From Eledone cirrhosa (lineage: Eukaryota), in assembly GCA_964016885.1 (NCBI GenBank), contig OZ024742.1, positions 333,064,001-333,128,000 on the forward strand: a stretch of DNA of 64,000 nt. The letters are read 5' to 3'. A program made the translations under genes and the position numbers. The notes beneath the pieces are model-generated. The model saw only the letters and a program-made list of their open reading frames with translations, had not been told where the DNA came from and searched no databases. Below, one piece after another: positions 27,848 through 41,489 of this stretch; positions within the stretch are counted from its first letter, which is position 1; every line of letters begins with the position of its first letter.

Positions 27848-27900
<53 letters not shown>

Positions 27901-28337
27901 GCATACAGGTACACATACATATATGCACGCAACAGTTTAGCCGACGTTTATTATAACGCAGCTTTGTTCGCTTGTTTCTCAACAAACCGAACAGCCTGAA
28001 TTTATGCCATACGGTGTTAAGGCAACCACGTCACCTTTTTGTTCAACACTGACACAGGAACGATGTACTAGTTTCAAGCTTGTTAGCTATCATCAGCACC
28101 GTTTACCCATCTGCCAGATAGTTGAACGTTCGAAAGTATATACTTTCCATATGAAAATTAACGGCTGAGCAGCCTAATTTGCATATTGAGTTAGTTAAAT
28201 CAGTCAGGCATACCGAAAACGACAAGTTGAAAAAAATGAAAACGAAATTTCATTTCTCACTCTTAGTATGGCACTTACTTAAATGTAAGTATGTATGTAT
28301 ACGTACATACATATATGTATACAGACGTACAGTAGCA

Positions 28338-28404
<67 letters not shown>

Positions 28405-28841
28405 GCATACAGGTACACATACATATATGCACGCAACTGTTTAGCCGACGTTTATTATAACGCAGCTTTGTTCGCTTGTTTCTCAACAAACCGAACAGCC
28501 TGAATTTATGCCATACGGTGTTAAGGCAACCACGTCACCTTTTTGTTCAACACTGACACAGGAACGATGTACTAGTTTCAAGCCTGTTAGCTATCATCAG
28601 CACCGTTTACCCATCTGCCAGATAGTTGAACGTTCGAAAGTATATACTTTCCTTATGAAAATTAACGACTGAGCAGCCTAATTTGCATATTGAATGAGTT
28701 AAATCAGTCAGGCATACCGAAAACGACAAGTTGAAAAAAATGAAAACGAAATTTCATTTCTCACTCTTAGTATGGCACTTACTTAAATGTAAGTATGTAT
28801 GTATACGTACATACATATATGTATACAGACTTACAGTAGCA

Positions 28842-28926
<85 letters not shown>

Positions 28927-29538
28927 GCATACAGGTACACATACATATATGCACGCATCAGTTTAGCCGACGTTTATTATAACGCAGCTTTGTTCGCTTG
29001 TTTTATCAACAAACCGAACAGCCTGAATTTATGCCATACGGTGTTAAGGCAACCACGTCACCTTTTTGTTCAACACTGACACAGGAACGATGTACTAGTT
29101 TCAAGCTTGTTAGCTATCATCAGCACCGTTTACCCATCTGCCAGATAGGTGAACGTTCGAAAGTATATACTTTCCTTATGAAAATTAACGGCTGAGCAGC
29201 CTAATTTGCATATTGAGTGAGTTAAATCGGTCAGGCATACCGAAAACGACAAGTTGAAAAAAATGAAAACGAAATTTCATTTCTCACTCTTAGTATGGCA
29301 CTTACTTAAATGTAAGTATGTATGTATACGTACATACATATATGTATACAGACGTACAGTAGCATGCATATATATATATATATATATATACACATATGCA
29401 TACAGGTACACATACATATATGCACGCATCCGTTTTAGCCGACGTTTATTATAACGCAGCTTTGTTCGCTTGTTTGTCAACAAACCGAACAGCCTGAATT
29501 TATGCCATACGGTATTAAGGCAACCACGTCCCCTTTTT

Positions 29539-29625
29539 GTTCAACACTGACACAGGAACGATGTACTAGTTTCAAGCTTGTTAGCTATCATCAGCACCGT
29601 TTACCCATCTGCCAGATAGTTGAAC
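29539..29625 (-). ncRNA. Type I hammerhead ribozyme (array copy 18, 5'-most)
   Basis: Same sequence as copy 1. The array breaks off almost exactly at the outer end of stem I. Confidence 0.9.
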
Positions 29626-29756
29626 GTCGGCTAAACTGATGCGTGCATATATGTATGTGTACCTGTATGCATATGTGTATATATATATATATATATATAT
29701 GCATGCTACTGTACGTCTGTATACATATATGTATGTACGTATACATACATACTTAC

Positions 29757-29760
<4 letters not shown>
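29623..29760 (+). repeat. Inverted partial array unit
   Basis: aacgtcggctaaactgatgcgtgc...catacttacattt is the reverse complement of part of the unit, joined through aacgt microhomology. Confidence 0.93.
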
Positions 29761-29810
<50 letters not shown>

Positions 29811-29879
29811 ATGAATATATATATATGTATGTATATGTATATATATATATGTATGTATATGTATATATATATATGTATG

Positions 29880-29924
<45 letters not shown>

Positions 29925-29925
29925 C

Positions 29926-30088
<163 letters not shown>

Positions 30089-30099
30089 GTATATATATG

Positions 30100-30137
<38 letters not shown>

Positions 30138-30284
30138 AATGTGAAATCAGAAATTATTTGCTTAGACCTTTGATATGTGAGAATAATAACCATATGTATG
30201 TATGATATATAAATATGTGTGTTCGCGCGCACTTATTAATATATTATATTATATATATATAAATATATATATGTATATATATAT

Positions 30285-30340
<56 letters not shown>

Positions 30341-30714
30341 TATATATATAGCATATATACGTATAAATATATATATGTATATACGTACATACATTTAATT
30401 AATAGGATACCTTTCATCTTCTATGTAATTATTTCCTCTTCATTGGTTACATTTACCAGTATCTGAGGCCACGTATTCTTGTAAAGACAATTTGAAGATC
30501 AAATATATGAACAGTAAGGTACGGCATCCTCTTCCCTACATAACTATTGAACAACTGCAAATAGTAATTGGTTAATTATTGTATCTTGTTTAATACAGAG
30601 TGTCGTACAACTTCTTCAGCTGAACACTTTAATTACACCGGGTAACATATTTTTTGTTCCCCGGTTCTTAGTGTCATTACATGGTTTGTTGTATCCCATT
30701 ATTATAAAAAGACA

Positions 30715-30900
30715 GGGCGGTGGATTGGCAGTATCGGTTGAGAGTCGGACACCATGCTTCGAAGCATAGATTTACGTTCCTTTATGATCTGAATTCAAAT
30801 CCCGCCGAGGTTAACTTTGCCTTTCATCCTTACGATAAAATTAAGTACCAGTAATGCACTGGAATAATTACTGGCCTTGTACCAAAAGTAGAAACAATTA
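30715..30900 (+). mobile_element. tRNA-derived SINE (near full length)
   Basis: A-box-like tggcagtatcgg; B-box-like aattcaaatcc; core gccgaggttaactttgcctttcatccttacg..ataaaattaagtaccagt; tail ggccttgtaccaaaagtagaaacaatt. Confidence 0.85.
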
Positions 30901-31118
30901 TTATAGAAAAACACTATTATTTAATCAGAAGTTTGTTTTTGTGGTCAGGAGTTTGATATTTCGAAATTTTCATATTTTTCAAGAAAAAACACATTTTTTT
31001 TTTAATATATCAGTTCATATAATTAAATCAACAGAGTATATATTTATTTTATTACACAAGCTTATTAAAAGCAAACAAGTAAAAACAAATAACACATATA
31101 AAGCAACTTATACACGTC

Positions 31119-32205
31119 AGAAATGACTGGATTTCCTGGATTTGCGTATGTAGTCCTAGTCGCTTTCCCGCACTAGCCCCCAGGTATAGTCCCCCATCAT
31201 TTTTTCATTGTAGTGGCCCTGGTACCTCCGCTCTATCTCTTTCAAATCTTGGTGGAATCGTTCGCCATTTTCTTATGAGTAGGCGCCTATATTGTCCTTG
31301 AATTTTTCCAGATGAGCGCCCAGCATATGGAGTCTAAGCGACATACTGCATCCCATGGCGCCAAAAGCCTTTATCAGATCCTGCACCAGTTGCTGGTAGT
31401 TTTCAGGTCTGTTGTTGCCCAGGAAGCCCTTAACAAATGCCTTGAAACAGTTCCATGCTGTTCTCTCAATCCTATTGAGCTTATTGGAGAACTCGGTAGA
31501 CTCAAACATCTTCTTTTTCTGAGGTCCAACAAAATTTCCATCTTTGATTTTGGCCTAAGATAACTTGGGAAAGAACTCAAATATGTACTTAAAAGCAGCT
31601 GATTCTTGGTTGAGACCCTTCACAAACTGCTTCATCAACCCCAACTTAATGTGCAGTCACGGGTGAGCACAATGCTTGGATCAACCAGTGAATCCCACAT
31701 GATGTTCCGGGTCCCAACTACAAATTCTGTTCGCTGCTCCCAGTTCTTTCTTTTGTAGTGGTCAGAGGTGGCTCTGCTGTCCCAAAGGCAGAGGAAGCTT
31801 TGGAATTTGATAAAGCCACCTTGGAGTCCAAGCAAGAAATCCACCATCTTGAAGTCTCCAATGATTTCCTAATTGTACTGGTGTATTACAGAGCTTCCAA
31901 GAGGACTCTCACACTGTAGTAATCTTCCTTCAGGCAGACTGAATGATCTAGGGGGAGTGTCGGGAACTTGTTTCCATTGTGGAGGAGGACAACCTTCAAA
32001 CTTGTGGTGGAGCTGTCTATAAATAGCCGCCACTCCTTGGACACAAACGGAACCCCAATAACGTCAAACAGTCCAGGCACGTCATGGCAGAAGCAGAGGC
32101 CATCCCTAAGAGTGTAAAAGCCTGAGAAATGTTCGTGTCGACTTTTCTGACTTGTCACCTCACTTCCTCCTTGACCAAGTTCCACTGCTTCATCCTGGAG
32201 ACGAA
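31119..32205 (-). mobile_element. Chapaev3-like transposase remnant, copy 2
   Basis: Paralog of 17076-17951 that extends further N-terminally (WRLFIDSSTTSLKVVLLHNGNKFPTLPL). Multiple stops and frameshifts. Confidence 0.8.
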
Positions 32206-33435
32206 TGCTTAAAACACAACTTACCCTTTATTTAGGGTGTGAAAATCCAGTATCAATAAATCTCTTTAATCAACTTTTTAACAATTTTATAATTTATTGC
32301 ATTTTTATAATTTTCTGTAGGTATTACTCTTTATTTTATAATTTTAATTTAACCTGAAACATATATCAAAAAATCATTTAACATAAGCAAATTAAACTTA
32401 CATACAACGTAAAATGCAGCATACAATAATTCTAGCGAATAGCCTAGAATTTTTACAAACCCTGACTTTTAACTGTTTAAAAGCACTTTTTTTATTTATT
32501 TGGGACCTAATCAACACAAAAAAGTGTTACAAGCCAGGAACAGAGAAAAAATGTTTTTTTGTTACACGGCATTATCAACATACAAATTTGTATTCAGTTT
32601 ACAATATAATAAATTACAACAATAGAGTTTCTTTTTCTTTATTTTTTACATTGATGCATTAAATACCACAGGTATAGGAACTAAAATTTTCTTCAAGCTA
32701 ACAAATTGGAATAGAAATAGTTATTCAATTCTTGTCATCTCAAATATACAAGTATCAATATAACGTTCAATCTGACAAGAGGAATCAAAACAATTCTCGA
32801 AACAGGGGAAACACATCTAAAATATTAATCAAAATCTACTATCCAGTTACGATAATTGATAATCGAATATAATGCGCCAAAGCAGTAGATATACAAGTAT
32901 TTCGAATGTCAAAGACACTTCAGATATGTTCAATAATCTACCTCAAACATCAACACAAAAACCCATGTAATACATAAACATATATCACTAATCGCAACTA
33001 CTGAGGTACAATCTAGCAATCAAAAGGGCAACCAAATACAAAAGAATAATAAAACTTTAAAACTAAACTCCTTAAAGAAACTACTAATTAGCGGCAACTA
33101 TACACACACACACATATACACACACACACGCACACACACACACAGACACACACACACGTGTGTATGCTTACTAATACATACACAGACACATACGTACAGA
33201 CTCAAGCACGAGATTTGCTGCAAATGAATTCACACAATAATACAAACACCGACATACGCGCGCATATATACACTTCAACAATAAAAAATGTACTGGCACA
33301 AACGCTTACACAACATAAGTTATCGGCACATCGGCATATACACATATATACACACGAATCAGAACCATAGACATATAATCACGCAACACAACTCCACACA
33401 CTAACACGCACACACACACATAGACACACACACAC

Positions 33436-33519
<84 letters not shown>

Positions 33520-33520
33520 T

Positions 33521-33572
<52 letters not shown>

Positions 33573-33706
33573 GCAGAGGTTATATTTAATTTGTTGGGAT
33601 TCAACAAGCTTAAACATTTTTTTACCTGATATAAAGCACTCAACAAGGAAGTGGAGTAAATACACAATATGTTAATAAATGGAAACTATATTTATAAAAC
33701 CATATT

Positions 33707-33772
33707 TATTTTATTATATCTATTTTAAGGGCAAACAAAGCAAATTATGGTGCGCTTTCATCAGATAAAATA
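33707..33772 (-). ncRNA. Decayed type I hammerhead in the dispersed repeat 33575-33845
   Basis: Minus strand: tattttat CTGATGA aagcgca...tgccctt AAAA tagata TA ataaaata. Perfect 8 bp stem I; GAAA is mutated to AAAA. Confidence 0.6.
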
Positions 33773-33840
33773 CAGATTTTTCTTATAAATAAATATTGAC
33801 ATACCCGGAAAAAAGACAACCTTAACGGTTGGAGCTTCCT

Positions 33841-33881
<41 letters not shown>

Positions 33882-34560
33882 AAAATGTTCGTTCTACATG
33901 GCTGAATACAATAAATATAATCTGAGTTTTTCGAATATTAATAATAACATTCGATTTCTTTGCAATTATGCAAACAAGCCTCAATTTTATAGCCATATAT
34001 ATATATATATATATACTCGCAACACACCGACACATGCGCATTCAAACCCAAATACGTGCATATACATTCACATATGCACTTTCTGAAATCGACCTTGCAT
34101 TATATGCACATTTTAAAGAAATATCTCGTGATGCATGGTACTTGCGTGCACAATTACACATTTCGTTGCTGATGTTATTGCTTGCAGTGGTAGTGAGGCG
34201 TTGCTATTGTTGTTGTTAGTAATGTTTGTGGGGTGTATGTTGTCGTAGGTGGAAGAAGCAGTGAGGATGAGGACTAAGTTTTTAAGGGTGGAGTTGTTAC
34301 ATGTGTAGATGGATTGCTGAGTGGGATTGGTTCCGGCTCTCTGCACCCTGCGTTCTAATCACGCTTTGATCAGCTTGACTTTTCATGCTTTCGAGGTCGA
34401 TAAAAAAATTACCTGTCTGGTAATGAGTTCGATTAATCTACAGTTACACCTCCCCATTCTCTCTTTAACGCTTTTCTTCCCCGCCCCTCTCACTCTATCT
34501 ACATGACCTCTCTCTCTCTTTCACTCACACACACTCTCTCTCTCTCTCTCTCTCTCTCTC

Positions 34561-34598
<38 letters not shown>

Positions 34599-36261
34599 TT
34601 GCTCTCTCTCGCTCTCATTCTTTATATCTTTATCTTTCTTTGGAAGAAATCGGCTATGCTCTGACCTGGAAGATGATGAGCTTAGCGAGCTTATAGGCAT
34701 TACTTCACTACGGCACCCCTAAAACTGCCTGAGAAGTTATGGATGTATGACTGGCTCGATAGTTAGTGTTACAGTATTGTTAGGTTTTTGTGGTGTGTCG
34801 AGTACTTTAGGTGAGATTATTAATATGTTGCAATCATTTTTTACCGTTTGTTTACATTAAAACCATTACGCTATTATCCCAATACCAGTGTCACACTAAC
34901 AATATTACGAATACTACCACCTACACATACATAACAATTATCAACACGAAAATTACTATCAATACTACCAGTGGACGACCATTATTAACCCAACTACAAC
35001 TACCATTAACATCCAAACAATCGCCACAACACCACCACCATCATAATAAGATCATGCACTACTTGAACAACAGAACTATATCATATACTGCCACGAGAGG
35101 CCGAAGGAGCCTTAACTTCATCAATCGACTTGCTAGAAGTAGCAAACAATCTCACTCATATCACACTGTAACACATTTCAAAAAAGAAACGAGGATAAGT
35201 TGGATAATGTATTCATAGGTGTGAATCTAATAAAAGGGGTGATCATGGTTAAAATGCCTATTATGCTTGGTCTGCTATTTCAGGTCTGACCTGGGTTAAA
35301 CAACTCTAACACGCAGAGAAGTTTTTGCAGCCATATTATCTGCTAAACTAGCAACTAAATCACCCTCAAATCAAACCACACGGCATTAAAAAAAATTCGT
35401 TAAATAATGTGATCTTAAATTCTATGTTCTATGCATAGAGGAGAAGAAATGATGGTCACAACCTAAATGCCTTTAATCAAAGATCTGCTCAATCAGTGGT
35501 GACCTGGGGATTTTATGAACACCAGGCAATTACGATCACCATTAACTTCTCGATATGTATTGAGGCTGCTTCTAAATATACATTTGAACTGCTTGGAATG
35601 GCAGCCAAATCAACATTAAATCACCATTCCCTAATAATGTACTCACAAATATACGTCCTGAAAAAAAATGACGAGAAAAAAATGACTACATCATAATCAC
35701 AAACAATACTACACCACTTCAATCCTACAGTAACAACAACATGACGTTACAACCACTGACATGACCAATAATAACACTATTCTACTGCAACCACTACCAC
35801 CACACTCCACCATTATTCCAAAGTGTATCTCACTCACTAACAGATCCATCACTAAAACATGACGTTCCCTTCATCGTCATAATATCATCCAATACTACAC
35901 TATCACCAATACCAACACCGACAACACTACCACCACCACACTATCATCAACATACCTACAGATATCCCACTAAATATTACATAACCTCCAAAACACTACT
36001 AACACCACAACTACCACCAGTACCTCTACCACTAGCTCTTCATCATAGCTACTACCACATTCACTGCAACTATCACTAATCCTCATTCCCTCTATCAGCA
36101 CCATCATTGCATGAACTTCACCACCACTATCATCACGAACACTACATGACTACCACCACAACCACCACCAACAACACCACACGGCTACTATTATGAACCA
36201 AGTTCCATCCTCACGATCCCCAGCCCATCAGCACCACCTTCATTACTATATAGCTACTAAT

Positions 36262-36442
36262 TGGCAGTATCCGTAGAGGGTCGGACACTATGCTTTGACG
36301 CATAGAGTTATGGCCCTTGCTATTCTGAGTTCAAATGCCGCCGAGGTTGACTTTGCCTTTCATCCTTACGGGGTTGATAAAATAAAGTACCAGTAATACA
36401 CTGGGTTTTTGCTGACCTTGTGCCTAAAGTAGAAACAATTAT
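36262..36442 (+). mobile_element. tRNA-derived SINE
   Basis: Collinear with 30715-30900 (gagttcaaatgccgccgaggttgactttgcctttcatccttacggggttgataaaataaagtaccagt). Confidence 0.85.
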
Positions 36443-36637
36443 GAATAAAACTACACCACCACTAACCTGCCGAAGCCTTCACCAGCATTACATCATAAAA
36501 ACCTCATTGACTATTATTACATTACTACAATCATTACTATCAACAACATCATAATATAATCACAACCGCCTCCAGCATTACACTCACCAACACCAACACC
36601 AACACCAACAACAACACTACACTTTCACTACACCATT

Positions 36638-36750
36638 TCAGAATCCCGCCAAGGTTAACTTTGCCTATCATCCTTACGGGGTCGATAAAATAAAGTACCA
36701 GTAATACACTGGATTGTTGCTGGCCTTGTGCCAAAAGTAGAAACAATTAT
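36638..36750 (+). mobile_element. 5'-truncated tRNA-derived SINE
   Basis: Core and tail of the same family. Confidence 0.8.
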
Positions 36751-37029
36751 TAACAGAATAACCAGCATCATAACCACCCCATCTTCACTCCATCACGACG
36801 AACACAACCATCACAACGACGCCACAACTACAATACCACAATACCCGACAACCCGTCACTGGTAGACAATAACCACAAGCACCTCTTCACTACTAATCCA
36901 CTGCTACTACACCGCCACCATACTGCCACAACCACTGCACCGTCTCCACTGTAAAACCGCCACTACACCACAACTCTCAATACAACATCACTACTACATT
37001 ACAACCACCAACAATCTACAACTACCTCA

Positions 37030-39020
37030 GCACCACCACTGTACCACAAACACAATTTCTACACCACCACCACTGTACAACAACCACAACTACTACACCA
37101 CCACCACTGTACCACAAACACAACTTCTACACCACCACCACTGTACAACAAACACAACTACTAAACCACCACCACTGTGCTACAACCACAACTACTAAAC
37201 CACCAACTCTGTACCACAACCACAACCCACTAAACCACCACCATTGTACCACAACCACAGCTACTAGACCACCACCACTGTACCACAACGACAGCTACAA
37301 ATCCACCACCATTGTACCACAACCACAACTACTAAACAACCACCACTGTGCCACAACCACAACTACTAATCCACCACCATTGTACCACAACCACAGCTAC
37401 TAAACAACCACCACTGTGCCACAACCACAACTACTAATTCACCACCACTGTACCACAACCACAACTACTAAACCACCACCACTGTACCACAACCACAACT
37501 ATTAAACCACCACCACTGTACCACAACAAAAACTACTACACCACCACCACTGTACCACTACAACTACTACACCACCACCACTGTACCACTACAACTACTA
37601 CACCACCACCACTGTACCACAACCACAACTTCAACACCATCACCACTGTACCACTACAACTACTACACCACCACCACAGTACCACTACAACTACTACACC
37701 ACAACCACTGTACCACAACCACAACTTCTACACCACCACCACTGTACCACAACAACTACTGCACCATCAACAACTACACCACCGTCACTGTACCACAACC
37801 ACAACTACTAAACCACCACAACTGTACCACAACGACACCTACTAAACCACCACCACTGTACCACAACCACAACTACTACACCACCACCACCACTGTACAA
37901 CAGCAACAACTTCTACACCACCACCACTGTACCACAACCACAACTTAAACACCACCACCATTGTACAACAACCACAACTACTACACCACCACTGTACCAC
38001 AACGAAAAATACTACACCACCACCACTGTACAACAACCACAACTACTACACCACCACCACTGTACCACAACAACAAATACTACACCACCACCACTGTGCT
38101 ACAACCACAAACACTACACCACCACCACTGTACCACAAGCACAAACACTACACCACCACCACTGTACCACAAGCACAAACACTACACCACCACCACTATA
38201 CGACAAGCGCCACTACTAAACCACCACCACTGTACCACAACCACAGCTACTACACCACCACCACTGTACGACAACCACAGATACTACATCACCACCACTG
38301 TACCACAACCACAACTACTAAACCTCCACCACTGTACCACACTGCTACACCACCACCACTGTACCACAACGACAACTACTACACCACCAACACTGTACCA
38401 CAACCACAAATTCTACACCAACACCACTGTACCACAACTACTACACCACCACCATTGTACCACAACCACAACTTCTATACCACCACCACTGTAACACGAC
38501 AACAAATACTACACCACCACCACTGTACCACAACTACAACTACTAAACCACCACCACCGTACCACCACCTCAATTAATAAACTACCACCACTGTACCACA
38601 ATCACAAATTCTACACCACCACCACTGTACCACAACCACAACTACTAAAGCACCACCACTGTACAACAACCACAACTACTACACCACCACCACTGTACCA
38701 CAACCACAACTTCTACACCACCACCACTGTACCACAACCACAGCTACTAAACCACCACCACTGTACCACAACCGCAGCTACTAAACCACCACCACTGTAC
38801 CACAACCACAGCTACTAAACCACCACCACTGTACCACCACCACAGCTACTAAACCACCACCACTGTACCTCAACCACAACTACTAAACCACCACCACTGT
38901 ACCACAACCACAGCTTCTACACCACCACCACTGTACCACAACCACTGCTACTAAACCACCACCACTGCACCACCACCACAACTACTAAACCACCACCACT
39001 GTACCACAACCACAACTAGT
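37030..39020. repeat. 34-bp minisatellite
   Basis: Consensus ctgtaccacaaccacaactactaaaccaccacca, roughly 55-60 diverged copies. Confidence 0.9.
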
Positions 39021-40292
39021 ACACCACCACCACTGAAGTACCACTGCCACCACCACTGAGCCACCACTGCCGCCACTACTGAGCCACCACCGCCACCACC
39101 ACTGAAGTACCACTGCCACCACCACTGAGCTACCACTGCCACCACCACTGAAGCACCACTGCCACCATCATAACCACTGAGCCACCACTGCCGCCACTAT
39201 TGAGCCACCACCGCCACCACCACTGAAGCACCACTTCCACCACCGTTGGGCCAGCACTGCCGCCACTACTGATCCACCAGCGTCACCACCACTGAAGCAC
39301 CACTTCCACCACCACTGAGCCAGCACTGCCGCCACTACTGATATCACCAGCGTCACCACCACTGAAGCACCACTTCCACCACCACTGAGCCAGCACTGCC
39401 GCCACTACTGATATCACCAGCGCCACCACCACTGAAGCACCACTTCCACCACCACTGAGCCAGCACTGCCGCCACTACTGATATCACCAGCGTCACCACC
39501 ACTGAAGCACCACTTCCACCACCACTGAGCCAGCACTGCCGCCACTACTGATCCACCAGCGTCACCACCACTGAAGCACCACTTCCACCACCACTGAGCC
39601 AGCACTGCCGCCACTACTGATATCACCAGCGCCACCACCACTGAAGCACCACTTCCACCACCACTGAGCCAGCACTGCCGCCACTACTGATATCACCAGC
39701 GCCACCACCACTGAAGCACCACTTCCACCACCACTGAGCTAGCATTGCCGCCACTACTGAGCCACCACCACCACCACCACTGAAGCACCACTTCCCCCAC
39801 CACTGATCTAGCACTGCCGCCACTACTGAGCACCACCGCCACCACCACTGAAGCACCACTTCCACCACCACTGAGCCAGCACTGCCGTCACTACTGAGCC
39901 ACCACCACCACCATCATCACCACTGAGCCACCACCGCCATCACCACTGAGCCATCACCGCCACCACCACTGAGCCACCACCGCCACCACCACTGAAACAC
40001 CACTGCCACCACCCCTGAGCCACCAGCGCCACCACCACTGAACCACCACTGCCACCGCCACCACCACTGAACCAACACTGCCACCACCACTGAACCAATA
40101 CCGCCACCACCACTGAACCACCACTCAGCCACCACTCAGCCACCACCGCCACCACCACACAGCCACCACCACTGAAGCACCACTGCCACCACCACTGAAG
40201 CACCACTCTGCCACCACCGCCACCACCACTAAACCACCACCACCACCACCACTCAGCCTCCACCGCCACCACCACTGAAGCACCACTGCCAC
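39020..40292. repeat. ~23-bp minisatellite with a 70-bp higher-order unit
   Basis: ctgaagcaccacttccaccacca-ctgagccagcactgccgccacta-ctgatatcaccagcgtcaccacca repeats with period 70 (for example 39291, 39361, 39431). Confidence 0.88.
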
Positions 40293-41489
40293 TACAAATA
40301 GTGTTCTCTAAACTGTGCGATATTCAGCAGCAGTAGAAGGTAGAAGTGCAAGAGTAAGGATGAATGTCGTGCACATTGATAATGCACATTGATAACATTC
40401 CTCTAGACATACGACAGTGCACTCTCATGCACCTTGTAATGCATACTGTGATGCACCATCCCATTCCCACTAACATTCCTTTTCATTCTCACAATGGCAC
40501 CAAGTGCAGCTGGTAATTCTATGAATGCAGTGTGTATATCTAGTTCAACTGCGTGCAATGTGTGTGCATTAGTAGGTGGTGGTGTTGGCGATGGAGGTGG
40601 CAGTGCTAGTGGTGGTGGTAGTGGTGGCAGTGGTGGTGGTGGTGGTGGTGATAGCGATGGCAGTGGTGGTGGTGGTATTGAATGTGGTGGTGGTGATAGT
40701 GGTGGAAGTGGTGGTGGAGGAGCAGTTGGTGGTGGTGGTGCTGGTGGCGATGTAGGTGGCAATGGTGGTGTTGGTGGTGGTTGTGGTGGTGATGCTGGTG
40801 ATGGTGGCGGGGGTATTGATGCTGGTGGTGGTGGTGGTGGTGGTGGTGGCATGGTGTAGTTTGTGGATATGTGGCGTTTTCATAGTGGCAGTGGTGGTGC
40901 TGTTATTGTTAATGATGGTGCTATTGGTGGTTGTGATGTTTGCATAGTAGGTAGTAGTAGTGGTGGTAGTTGTGTTGGAACAGTTATGGCGTGTTGTGAG
41001 AAAAGGTGGCGTTGTTGGCGGTGAAGGTGGTGGTTGTAGTATTTGTGGTGTTGTGCATAGTGCTGCGTGTGATGGTGGTGTTGATGAGGCTGGTTGTGGT
41101 TGTGTTGTAATGATATAGATATAATGGTGTAGTGGTAATATGGTATGATTGGGAGTACAGAACTGGGTTGGGTTTCGAGGTGTTCGTTATTTAGTGTTGC
41201 TGGTGGTATGTGATGTTAAAGGTAGAATAGTGGTCTCGGAGTGGTGGTGGCGGAGGTGGGTATTATATAATAATAGGGGTTATTATAGTACAGTGGTGGG
41301 GTGGGTTATGGTAAAAGGCTGCAGGCGTTGGTAATGGAGGTGGTATACTAGGGAATGAGGTAATAGTAATTCAGGTAATGTTGTTGTGAATGATGCTGCT
41401 GTGATCTTGATGTTGGTGATGTTGCTGATGTGAATGGTGCCGTTCTAATATTGGTGCTACAGTAGTGATGTGATAGCGGTGGCATGCTG

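Noticed and set aside
37961-38494. 177-aa Thr/His/Pro-rich ORF (mucin-like)
   Set aside because: It is a translation of a 34-bp minisatellite that cycles through all three frames.
40403-40883. Pro-rich, Gly-rich and Thr-rich ORFs
   Set aside because: Products of degenerate (GGT)n sequence, open in several frames on both strands.
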